From an uncultured Acidimicrobiia bacterium (lineage in GTDB: Bacteria > Actinomycetota > Acidimicrobiia > Acidimicrobiales > SZUA-35): a stretch of DNA of 44,890 nt. Both the position numbers and the translations under genes were made by a program. Shown here one piece after another: positions 9,832 to 18,239 of the stretch (the stretch's first letter is position 1; each line of letters opens with the position of its first letter). The stretch covers positions 1-44,890 of the forward strand of contig CALACD010000393.1 of NCBI GenBank assembly GCA_937890445.1, written 5' to 3'. Under the pieces are notes generated by a model. The model was not told where the DNA came from and did no database searches. It was given only the letters and a program-made list of their open reading frames with translations.

Positions 9832-10989
9832 GTGAGCATCACCCCCTCTCTACTGGGCCAGCTGAACGGCCCCAGGATCTCACCTCCGACGCGGGCCACC
9901 CTCTTGCGAGGCATTCTGGCGTTCCGCTGGCTGGTCGGCATCTGGATGACCGTGGTCTTCCTGTGGGAGATCTGGGATCGAGGCCGTTCGGACCGCGTCC
10001 TCGACGTCGCCCACCCGGTTGCGGGAATCCTCCTGCTGGCGTGTGCCCTCTCGGTGACCGGTTGGCTCACCGTGCGCTACCGGCGAGACGTCGAGGCATT
10101 GGTGCTGCCCACACCGGTCCTGGTCGAGATCGCCGTCGGTGCTGTCCTGCTCTTCCTCGACACCTGGGTCTACGGATCGGTTCATTCCCAGGCGTTGCCC
10201 ACGATCTGGCCGGTGGCGGTGATCTTCACCGTCGCCATCGCAGCGGGTACCCGCCCTGCGGTCGCCACCGGGGTCGGTCTCGGATTGGCCCGGTATCTGG
10301 GTTGGCTGATCTTTCCGTTTCCCGACGTGATCAGCCCGTGGAGCCTGTCTCGCATCGCCAGCATCGTGCTGTTCGGCGTTGCCGGTTGGGTGGCCGGCTA
10401 CCTGTTGTCCCAGCAGGAGGCGGCGGACCGCGAGATCTCGACCTTCCGTGCCCGCGAAGAGGTGGCCCGCACCCTGCATGATGGCGTGTTGCAGACCTTG
10501 GCTGTCATCCAGCGTCGTAGTGACGACGCGGATCTCGTCACGTTGGCTCGGACCCAGGAACTGGAGCTTCGCGAGTACTTGTTCGGCACCGTCAAGGTCG
10601 ATGCCGACATCGCCAGCGCGCTTCGGGCCGCGGCCCGCCGAGCCGAGCAGCGCTATGGTCTGACCGTCCAGGTCGTGTGCGCTCCCGACCTTCCCCCCGG
10701 ATCTCCGGATTCCATCCACGCACTCGGCTCAGCAGTAGGAGAAGTGCTGAACAATGCCGTCAAACACGGAGGAGCGGACAAGGTGACCGTGTATGCCGAA
10801 CCGACCGACGACAAGGTTCCGTCCATCTTCGTGTCGGTCAAGGACAACGGCGCAGGCTTCGATCCGGCCACCGTCACCGAAGGTCAGGGTCTTCGTCGAT
10901 CGGTACGAGGGCGAATCGCCGATGTCGGGGGCCGGGTCGAGATCGATGGCCACCCCGGCCGCGGTGCCGAGGTGAGGATGTGGGTCTGA
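9832..10989 (+). CDS. Sensor histidine kinase, NarL/HisKA_3 class, multi-TM sensor domain
   Basis: About five N-terminal hydrophobic helices, the H-box ARTLHDGVLQTL, and HATPase boxes EVLNNAVKHG, DNGAGF, GQGLRRS. GTG start, with TAGCGT 9 nt upstream. Confidence 0.85.
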   Translation: MSITPSLLGQLNGPRISPPTRATLLRGILAFRWLVGIWMTVVFLWEIWDRGRSDRVLDVAHPVAGILLLACALSVTGWLTVRYRRDVEALVLPTPVLVEIAVGAVLLFLDTWVYGSVHSQALPTIWPVAVIFTVAIAAGTRPAVATGVGLGLARYLGWLIFPFPDVISPWSLSRIASIVLFGVAGWVAGYLLSQQEAADREISTFRAREEVARTLHDGVLQTLAVIQRRSDDADLVTLARTQELELREYLFGTVKVDADIASALRAAARRAEQRYGLTVQVVCAPDLPPGSPDSIHALGSAVGEVLNNAVKHGGADKVTVYAEPTDDKVPSIFVSVKDNGAGFDPATVTEGQGLRRSVRGRIADVGGRVEIDGHPGRGAEVRMWV

Positions 10990-10990
10990 G

Positions 10991-11623
10991 ATGAGTTTCA
11001 CCAGTCATGTCACCGTGGTGCTGGCCGACGACCACCCCATTTGGCGTAGCGGGGTTCGAGCCGACCTGGGTGACAATTTTCATGTGCTGGCCGAAGCCGG
11101 CGATGCCGATGAGGCCATCGCTGCGATCCACCGCCATCGTCCCGATCTGGTTGTTTGCGACCTCAACATGCCCCGGGGCGGAGGCATCAAGGTGGCCAAG
11201 ACCTGCGGCGACATGACCAAGATCGTGATGCTGACGGTGTCGGAAGCAGAACGCGATCTCCTGGACGCGGTCGCAGCCGGCGCCAACGGCTATCTGGTCA
11301 AGTCGACCCCGCCGCAAGAGCTACGAGACGCCTTGTGGCGAGCGGCGAAGGGGGAACCGGTGTTCTCGCCCGCTCTGGCCAGTCTGGTCCTCGGCGAGTT
11401 CCGCAAGATGAGCAAGGACAGCGGCGGCGTCCAGCCCCTGTCGGAGCGCGAACGTGAGGTCCTGCAGTACGTGGCTCGGGGTCACACCTACAAAGAGATC
11501 GGCGAACAACTCTTCATCGCACCCAAGACCGTGGAGAATCACGTGCGAAACATCCTGGGCAAGCTGCACCTGAACCGCAAGCAGGAGCTGATCCGCTACG
11601 CGTTGGAGCACGGCATCGAATGA
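10991..11623 (+). CDS. NarL/LuxR-family response regulator
   Basis: REC domain (VVLADDH, DLVVCDLNMP) plus GerE HTH (LSEREREVLQYVARGHTYKEIGEQLFIAPKTVENHVRNILGKL). It starts 2 nt after the kinase stop. Confidence 0.9.
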   Translation: MSFTSHVTVVLADDHPIWRSGVRADLGDNFHVLAEAGDADEAIAAIHRHRPDLVVCDLNMPRGGGIKVAKTCGDMTKIVMLTVSEAERDLLDAVAAGANGYLVKSTPPQELRDALWRAAKGEPVFSPALASLVLGEFRKMSKDSGGVQPLSEREREVLQYVARGHTYKEIGEQLFIAPKTVENHVRNILGKLHLNRKQELIRYALEHGIE

Positions 11624-12531
11624 CCGACCGGCTGACGATTCTGGGGTGTTCCTGGGTCGACGGCCTTCCGTTCGTACGTGTGATCGAGGCCGACTCCTCC
11701 AACTCGGAACTACGACCGCTGCTCGGTCTACACCTCGGCTATCGAACGGAACCGGAGGCGGTCCGAACATGCCTCGGCCATCGACCGTTCCGGGGTGATC
11801 GCACCTATGTCGATTGTCGGCAGCGGCCGCTGCCGGGAAAGCGCGTCTGCCGGTCCTGTGCCATCGTCGAGGCGACCTTCGCCTCGAACCTGCACCACGC
11901 CCACACCAAGGACGACGTCGGGCTCGACCCTGCCATCGCCGCCCATCTCCGGCAACCGAATCTGCTGTACCTGGCCGCCTTCCGTGACGGGTCGGTGAAG
12001 GTGGGCACCAGTACCGAGAATCGGCATCGCACTCGGCTCGCGGAGCAGGGGGCGTGGATGGCGCAGGTCGTTGCATGGGCATCGGACGGAATCACCGTTC
12101 GACTCCTCGAGGACTGGGTCACCGACAGACTGGGACTTGCCCAGGCCATCTCCTCGAACCGCAAACTCGAGGGGTTCGAACGACCCCGAACCGACGAGGA
12201 TCTCCAACACCTTTTGGACACCCATCGAGAGCAGGTTCATCGCCTGATGACCCTCGACCGTGACCCCGATCTGCTCCGCCCCCTCGAACGATCGTGGCGG
12301 CATCCTCGAGCCGATACCGAGCGCTGGTCGAGCCTGCATCGTTATCCGGCGGATCTTCGATCCGGATCGCACGATCTGGACGTGATCGATGCCTGCGGCC
12401 GGATGATCCTGCTGCGCCGACCTGGTGGGCCCGATCGATTCGTGGCTGATCTCCAACAGCTGTACGGCCGAGAACTCGAGTTCGGAGCGTTCGGTTCAGA
12501 ACCGCTGACCGTGCAGGACTCCCTGTTCTGA
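11620..12531 (+). CDS. Conserved hypothetical protein, DUF2797/T5orf172-like core with CxxC element
   Basis: ATGA start/stop overlap with the response regulator gene. A CRSC pair is followed by LLYLAAFRDGSVKVGTS...RTRLAEQGA, a block I associate with DUF2797 (from memory, not searched). GC3 is high. Confidence 0.6.
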   Translation: MTDRLTILGCSWVDGLPFVRVIEADSSNSELRPLLGLHLGYRTEPEAVRTCLGHRPFRGDRTYVDCRQRPLPGKRVCRSCAIVEATFASNLHHAHTKDDVGLDPAIAAHLRQPNLLYLAAFRDGSVKVGTSTENRHRTRLAEQGAWMAQVVAWASDGITVRLLEDWVTDRLGLAQAISSNRKLEGFERPRTDEDLQHLLDTHREQVHRLMTLDRDPDLLRPLERSWRHPRADTERWSSLHRYPADLRSGSHDLDVIDACGRMILLRRPGGPDRFVADLQQLYGRELEFGAFGSEPLTVQDSLF

Positions 12532-12545
12532 ACCAGACTGGCGTC

Positions 12546-13670
12546 ATGCCTGGTCTTCTTCCCGATATCGATCCGGACGGTTTGCTCGAGTATTCGGTCG
12601 TCTACACCGATCGCGCCGTCAATCACATGAGCCAGGCCTTTCAGCAAACGATGCGGGACATCTCCAGCACGCTGGCCGAGGTGTACCACGCCGAGGCGGT
12701 GGCCATCGTTCCCGGAAGCGGCACCTACGGCATGGAAGCGGTTGCCCGCCAACTGGCAACGGATGTCAAGGTGTTGGTCATCCGCAACGGATGGTTCAGT
12801 TTCCGCTGGTCGCAAATTTTCGAGATGGGATCGATCCCAGCCGAAGAGATCGTCCTCAAGGCCCGACGGGCCCACGCCGGACCCATGGAGCCCTTCCGTC
12901 CGGCCCCGATCGCTGAGGTAATGGCTGCGATCGCAGAACACCAGCCCGCCGTCGTCTTCGCGCCCCATGTCGAGACCTCGGCCGGAATGATCCTTCCCGA
13001 CGACTACCTCCGAGCCGTCGCCGACGCCGTCCACGGGGTCGGCGGATTGTTGGTCCTCGACTGCATTGCGTCCGGCACGGTGTGGGTCGACATGATCGCC
13101 ACTGGGGTCGACGTCCTGATCAGTGCACCCCAGAAGGGTTGGAGCGCATCTCCATGCAGTGCACTGGTGATGATGAGCGCAGCCGGAAAGGTGGCAGTCG
13201 AGGCCTCGACGAGCACCAGCTTCGCCTGTGACCTCGGCAAGTGGCTGCAGGTCATGCAAGCGTACGAGAACGGTGGTCACGCGTATCACGCCACGATGCC
13301 AACCGATGCCCTCATCTCGTTCTGTCGGGTCATGAACGAAACGAAAGCCTATGGCTTCGACAAGGTGCGAGACGAACAGATCGAACTCGGGGCCCGAGTT
13401 CGTCAGGTTCTGGCCGGCCGAGGATTCGTGAGCGTTGCCGCCGAAGGTTTCGGAGCGCCAGGCGTGGTGGTCAGCTACACCGACGACCCCGCGATCCAGA
13501 ACGGGAGCAAGTTCGCCGCTCAAGGTATGCAGATCGCGGCCGGGGTCCCGCTGCGATGCGACGAGGGGGACGACTTCGTCACGTTCCGGCTCGGTCTGTT
13601 CGGGCTGGACAAGCTCCACAACATCGACCGGACGGTCGAGAGCCTCGAGAAAGCACTGGCAGCCCTGTGA
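12546..13670 (+). CDS. Class V PLP-dependent aminotransferase (serine-pyruvate / alanine-glyoxylate-like)
   Basis: Fold-type I layout with the PLP-lysine context ISAPQKGW and Asp context LLVLDCIAS. It starts 14 nt after the preceding gene. Confidence 0.8.
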   Translation: MPGLLPDIDPDGLLEYSVVYTDRAVNHMSQAFQQTMRDISSTLAEVYHAEAVAIVPGSGTYGMEAVARQLATDVKVLVIRNGWFSFRWSQIFEMGSIPAEEIVLKARRAHAGPMEPFRPAPIAEVMAAIAEHQPAVVFAPHVETSAGMILPDDYLRAVADAVHGVGGLLVLDCIASGTVWVDMIATGVDVLISAPQKGWSASPCSALVMMSAAGKVAVEASTSTSFACDLGKWLQVMQAYENGGHAYHATMPTDALISFCRVMNETKAYGFDKVRDEQIELGARVRQVLAGRGFVSVAAEGFGAPGVVVSYTDDPAIQNGSKFAAQGMQIAAGVPLRCDEGDDFVTFRLGLFGLDKLHNIDRTVESLEKALAAL

Positions 13671-13754
13671 CCATGTCGGCTCCTCCGCAACGGGTCGACG
13701 CTCGTCGCCGTCGTCGGTCGCGAACGATCCCGACCTGAGCCGGATTCGCGGTTC

Positions 13755-14540
13755 TCAGCGCCGACGGGCCACGAAGCGACCGCCCCGGATGCCGCCCTGC
13801 TCGAAGCCTTCGAGAATCGTCTCGTTCATGTCGCGTACGATGCCGTAGACCCGCTCGCCGAACTGTTCGACCAGCGCGGCTCGTCGATCCGTCAACCGTT
13901 CGAAGATCGAGCAGTACTGCTGAGTGAAAACCGAAGAAAGATCGTCGAACTCCACGTTCTCGAAACCGTTGTCGGCCAGCAGCCCTCGATACTCGTCCGC
14001 CGTGGCGGCCCGAGTCGACAGGGCGGCCGACAACACCCGGTCTCGGTCAGCTGTCGACATGCCGTCACCGGCGAGCCAGTCGATGAACGCCATGACCCCA
14101 CCGGGCGCGGTGACCCGCGCGCACTCGGCGACGAGTTGGGCTTTGTCGGGGATGTGACACCATGCGTCCTGACCCCAGACGATGTCGAAGTCCCCGCTTT
14201 CGAACGGCAGGTCGGTCGCGTCACCGGCGACGAATCGAGCTCGGCCCGCCAGATCACGGGCGGCAGCTCGACGGTCCGCTTCGGCGATGCTCGACTCGAC
14301 CAGATCCAGCCCGGTCACGGTGCAACCGTACCGATCTGCGAGATGCAGCATCGGGCCGCCGACACCACAGCCAACATCGAGAACGTGGCTCTCGTGGCTC
14401 ACTCCTGCCCGCTCCGCCAACTCATCGGTCGAGGCAACTCCCCCCATCGACAGGTAGTCGGTCGAGTACATGGCCTGCATGACAGCGACACCGGTGACGC
14501 TGTAGTTGGACCGAAGAGCGTCGCCCACGGCATCGGTCAT
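13755..14540 (-). CDS. Class I SAM-dependent methyltransferase
   Basis: Motif I VLDVGCGVGGP and the acidic loop VTGLDL. It starts 3 nt downstream of the thiolase stop, so the two are probably co-transcribed. Confidence 0.8.
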   Translation of the reverse strand: MTDAVGDALRSNYSVTGVAVMQAMYSTDYLSMGGVASTDELAERAGVSHESHVLDVGCGVGGPMLHLADRYGCTVTGLDLVESSIAEADRRAAARDLAGRARFVAGDATDLPFESGDFDIVWGQDAWCHIPDKAQLVAECARVTAPGGVMAFIDWLAGDGMSTADRDRVLSAALSTRAATADEYRGLLADNGFENVEFDDLSSVFTQQYCSIFERLTDRRAALVEQFGERVYGIVRDMNETILEGFEQGGIRGGRFVARRR

Positions 14541-14543
14541 CGG

Positions 14544-15728
14544 TCAGATGCGCTCGATGAGGGTGCCGGTACCAAGACCACCACCACAGCACATGGTGAT
14601 GACGCCGTAGCGTCCACCCGTGCGCTGCAATTCGTGGACAGCCTTGGTGGTCAGGAACGATCCCGTTGCCCCCAGCGGGTGACCGAGTGCGATGGCCCCG
14701 CCGTTGGGGTTGATCTTGTCCCGATTGACTCCGAGCGTCTTCTCCCACGACAACACGACCGATGCGAACGCCTCGTTGATCTCGAAGACGTCGATGTCAT
14801 CGACCCCGAGTCCTTCTCGTTCCAGGATCTTTCGAGTGGCCGGAATCGGACCCTCGAGCATCAGTTCGGGATCGCAGCCGACCAGCGCCGTCTGAAGCAC
14901 CCGAGCAATCGGGGTCACGCCGAGTTCGGCAGCCTTGGCGGCGCTCATCATCAACACTGCGCTCGCCCCATCGGCGATCTGTGAGGACGTACCCGCGGTA
15001 TGGACGCCGTTCTCACGGGCCACCGGCTTGAGTTGAGCCAGCTTCTCCAAACTCGTGTCTCGGGGAATCTCGTCACGGGTCACGACGATGGTCTCGTCGG
15101 TCTTGTTGCCGTCGACATCGAGGACCGGGGCCTCGATGCTGATGATCTGCGTCTCGAAGCGGCCCTCGGCGATGGCCGTTGCGGCCCGCTCCTGGGAAAG
15201 CAGGCCGAAGACCTCGGTGTCGGCTCGGGAGATGTCGTACTTCTCGGCAATGCGCTCGGCGCCTTCGAACTGGCTGACGAACTCGTAATGCTCGAAATAG
15301 GTGCGACTCACCGGCTTGCCGAGGCCGGCTTTGGCTCCAGCGAAGGCATCCGACCCGATGGGAAGCAGGCTCATGGCCTCGACCCCACAGGCCAGGACGA
15401 CGTCCTCGACGCCCGAGGCGATGAGCGCATGAGCCGTGTTGACGGCGTGTTGCGACGAGCCGCACTGTGCGTCGACCGTGGTGGCCGCGACCTCCTCGGC
15501 GCCACCGTGGCTCAGCCAGGCAGTGCGGGTGATGTTCATTGCCTGGGCGCCGACCTTGTTGATGCAACCGCCCACGACCTGGCCGACGTCGGCCGAACGA
15601 ATTCCGGCCCGCTTGATGACCTCCATCATCACCGGCCCGAGCACGTCGGCGGGATGAGCTCCCGCCAGCGAGCCATTGCGCTTTCCGACCGGCGAACGAC
15701 CGGCTTCGACGATGACGACCTCGTTCAT
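14544..15728 (-). CDS. Acetyl-CoA C-acetyltransferase (thiolase)
   Basis: Nucleophile context VDAQCGSSQHAV and C-terminal NPNGGAIALGHPLGATG and MCCGGG motifs. An AGGAGAG SD lies 6 nt upstream of ATG 15728. ORF-track start 15776 is the longest alternative. Confidence 0.92.
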   Translation of the reverse strand: MNEVVIVEAGRSPVGKRNGSLAGAHPADVLGPVMMEVIKRAGIRSADVGQVVGGCINKVGAQAMNITRTAWLSHGGAEEVAATTVDAQCGSSQHAVNTAHALIASGVEDVVLACGVEAMSLLPIGSDAFAGAKAGLGKPVSRTYFEHYEFVSQFEGAERIAEKYDISRADTEVFGLLSQERAATAIAEGRFETQIISIEAPVLDVDGNKTDETIVVTRDEIPRDTSLEKLAQLKPVARENGVHTAGTSSQIADGASAVLMMSAAKAAELGVTPIARVLQTALVGCDPELMLEGPIPATRKILEREGLGVDDIDVFEINEAFASVVLSWEKTLGVNRDKINPNGGAIALGHPLGATGSFLTTKAVHELQRTGGRYGVITMCCGGGLGTGTLIERI

Positions 15729-15780
15729 GGGACTCTCCTGCTCGATGCGGCCTGACGATGGGGTCGAGACCGACAATAGG

Positions 15781-15826
15781 TTCAGTGCTTGGGCTGATTC
15801 AGTGCTTGGTCTGATTCATGCTGCGG
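15781..15826. repeat. Tandem 17-bp direct repeat TTCAGTGCTTGG(G/T)CTGA x2 plus a partial third copy
   Basis: Read directly: ttcagtgcttgggctga / ttcagtgcttggtctga / ttcatgctgcgg. The unit junctions create the inverted repeat CTGA-T-TCAG. It lies in the 249-bp divergent region between the thiolase and the membrane protein gene. Confidence 0.85.
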
Positions 15827-15977
15827 TTGGTTCCGCACTTGACTGACGATGCTACGCAGAGGTCGTCGATCGGTTCCATTCGCCGGGCCCAGCACCGGTG
15901 AGCAGGACCTGACCCCAGCGCCATCTGGGGGATTGTCCGGAGGTTCGAGAACTCCGAAGACGTCCACCCTGACAGGT

Positions 15978-18170
15978 ATGTCGAACGACCTCGTCAACCC
16001 CGATCCCGCGACCCGACGCACGGCAGCCACCGCGTTGGCCGCCATGGGCGCCGCGCTCGTCTTCAGTGCAGCCGGCGTGTTCATCGCGGTGAGATGGGAG
16101 CAGATGGGCCTCGAGAGCAAGGCTGCGATCATTGCAGGGCTAGCCCTGGCTTCCTTGGCAGGCGGACGACGCCTTCGGCCCCGACTTCCTGGTGTCGCCG
16201 TCGTCCTGTCCCATCTTGGGGCGTTCCTCCTTCCCTTGGACATCGGAGGTGTGGCAACGGCGATGGGAGCATCACGGCCAGTCGTGGGTGTTGTGGGCGG
16301 CCTCTCCGGTCTGATCGTGCTCTCGATGCTGGACCGTACGAGATCCCCCGTCATGAGCCTCGGGCGGGTGCTCTCGGCTGGTGGCGTCGGTCTGGGCGCT
16401 GGCGCCCTCCTGGAACTGCCAGCGGCCAGTTTGGTGATCGCCATCGGTTTGGCGGCGCTGGTCATCGACCGACGCTCCGATGCCCTCGGCCTCGCTGCTC
16501 TGGCCGGGCTCGGACCGCTGTTTGCCTGGGCCGGCCGTCTCGCTCGACCCGACAGTCTGGTCGATTGGCTCGGAGAACAAGCGGCTACGACCCCGATCCA
16601 GACCGTCGCAGCGGCGGTTGCGGCAGCATCGATCGCCCTGGCCAGCGGCCGCCACACCGTCGTTGCACCTGCGCCTCCCGATGGTTCGCGAAACCGGTTG
16701 CGACCCGAGATCTCCCTCGTGGTGGCGCTTGCGGTGTCCGTGCTGGCCTCGCCCGATGCGACCGCGTTGATCGGGCAGCATCAGGCGGTCACCGTGGTAC
16801 TGGCTGCGGCCACCGTCTTGGCCCTACGGGTGTTGGCACTCCGCCTGCCACACTGCGATTCGGGGCCCGTCATCGATGGCCTGGCGCTTGCGGTGGCCTC
16901 GCTGACCGCCCTGTACGGGCTCAGTGCCCAGCTCGGAACACCCAATCTTGTCTTCATGCCGGCGATGCTGTGGGCTGCAGCCATGCTGACGGCGAGCTGG
17001 CTGGTCGCCGACGTCGACCACGGTCGCCGCAACGATCCCGGCACCCGCGCCGCCCGGAGCCTCTGGCGTGGCGATTCCGGAAAGCTGTCGACCGTTGGCT
17101 TGATGACCTCGTTCACGGTGGCATGCCTGGCAACCGGCGACATGGCCATCGCGGCGCTGCTGCTGGCTGCAGCGAGCACCGTCATCGGCATCAGTGCTCG
17201 TCCCGGCGCCCGGACGACTGCCCGCATCGGACTACCCCTGGCGGTGCTCGTTGCATCCGGCGAGCCCGTGACCCTGGTCGTCGTGGGCATCGTCGCAGCA
17301 GTCGTCCTCCAGGCTCGTGCCATCCTCGATCTTCCGGCAGGACCACGCCGGGCTCGCCTCACTCAACTCGCCGGGGTCGCCTCGCTGGCGACGGCCTTGT
17401 TCGGATTCACCATCCAACAACGCGCCGGTTCGCTCGTTCCGGCGCTGATGGCATCCAGCGCTGCCGCTACCACGCTCGTGATGCTCGCGCTGAGCTCCGA
17501 TCGTCTCCGCGTTCCCGATCTCGGGCCTGCGCCTCGGGTGGCCTTGACCTTCTCGGTCCTGCCCTTGCTGTCGACGACGACCCTCGCCGGGACATGGCTG
17601 GTCGGCATCGGAGCACTGTTGTTCCTCGACCTGTTCCTCGACCTCTCCCGCCACGGGCTCCCGGCCCGTCAGCCCCAGCTCGAGATGCTCGCATCGTGTG
17701 CATTGGTACTCGGATCCTGGATGATCTGTGGTGGGACCCGGGTCGACGTGCTCGAGGGATGGATGCTTGCTCCCACCGTCCTCTTGGCCGGATTCGGAAT
17801 CCGGGCCATGCGCGATGGGGCCTCGTCGTGGCACGGCCTGGCACCGGCTGTCACGTTGTTGGGGGTGTCGGCCTTCCTCGAACGGATCGGCGGCGGCGGC
17901 GGGTGGCATGCCGTGGTGGCCGGCACGCTCGGTCTCGTCGCCCTCGGCGTCGGCGTCGAACGACGATGGGCCGGACCCAGCGTGATCGGGACCGTGCTGC
18001 TGTCGGCGACCGTCATCATCGAAGCTTCCGGCGCCATCCCTCGCCTACCGGTCTGGATGTTGTTGGCCGTCGGGGGAGCAATTCTGCTCGGAGCTGGAGC
18101 GCTTCTGGAACGACGGCAGGGGGTTGGAACCAGGTCCACCGTCGCGGCGGCGTGGGCCGAATTTCACTGA
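15978..18170 (+). CDS. Large polytopic integral membrane protein (~20 hydrophobic helices), function unknown
   Basis: Ala/Leu/Gly-rich helices throughout. GC3 is high in this frame, whereas the overlapping 712-aa and 291-aa ORFs are Arg/Pro-rich shadow frames. ATG 15978 was chosen because GC3 rises sharply after it. The ORF-track start is 15849. Confidence 0.7.
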   Translation: MSNDLVNPDPATRRTAATALAAMGAALVFSAAGVFIAVRWEQMGLESKAAIIAGLALASLAGGRRLRPRLPGVAVVLSHLGAFLLPLDIGGVATAMGASRPVVGVVGGLSGLIVLSMLDRTRSPVMSLGRVLSAGGVGLGAGALLELPAASLVIAIGLAALVIDRRSDALGLAALAGLGPLFAWAGRLARPDSLVDWLGEQAATTPIQTVAAAVAAASIALASGRHTVVAPAPPDGSRNRLRPEISLVVALAVSVLASPDATALIGQHQAVTVVLAAATVLALRVLALRLPHCDSGPVIDGLALAVASLTALYGLSAQLGTPNLVFMPAMLWAAAMLTASWLVADVDHGRRNDPGTRAARSLWRGDSGKLSTVGLMTSFTVACLATGDMAIAALLLAAASTVIGISARPGARTTARIGLPLAVLVASGEPVTLVVVGIVAAVVLQARAILDLPAGPRRARLTQLAGVASLATALFGFTIQQRAGSLVPALMASSAAATTLVMLALSSDRLRVPDLGPAPRVALTFSVLPLLSTTTLAGTWLVGIGALLFLDLFLDLSRHGLPARQPQLEMLASCALVLGSWMICGGTRVDVLEGWMLAPTVLLAGFGIRAMRDGASSWHGLAPAVTLLGVSAFLERIGGGGGWHAVVAGTLGLVALGVGVERRWAGPSVIGTVLLSATVIIEASGAIPRLPVWMLLAVGGAILLGAGALLERRQGVGTRSTVAAAWAEFH

Positions 18171-18239
18171 CCCTGGCGGACGGCGTGGCCCGTTGCCGGA
18201 GCCTCCCGTCCGTTACCGAACGCAGCAAGTGAGCACTCT

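Noticed and set aside
13719-13750. A possible bidirectional terminator (CGCGAA...TTCGCG) between the aminotransferase and methyltransferase genes.
   Set aside because: It has only a 6-bp stem with a ~20-nt loop. The apparent inner pairing reuses the same T, and there is no U-tract. This is too weak to call.
16094-18232. A 712-aa Arg/Pro/Gly-rich ORF, and the 291-aa minus-strand ORF at 15782..16657, both overlapping the polytopic membrane protein gene.
   Set aside because: These are alternate frames of an Ala/Leu/Gly-rich membrane gene. They give an implausible composition (RRRP runs), whereas the 15978..18170 frame has high GC3 and regular hydrophobic helices.
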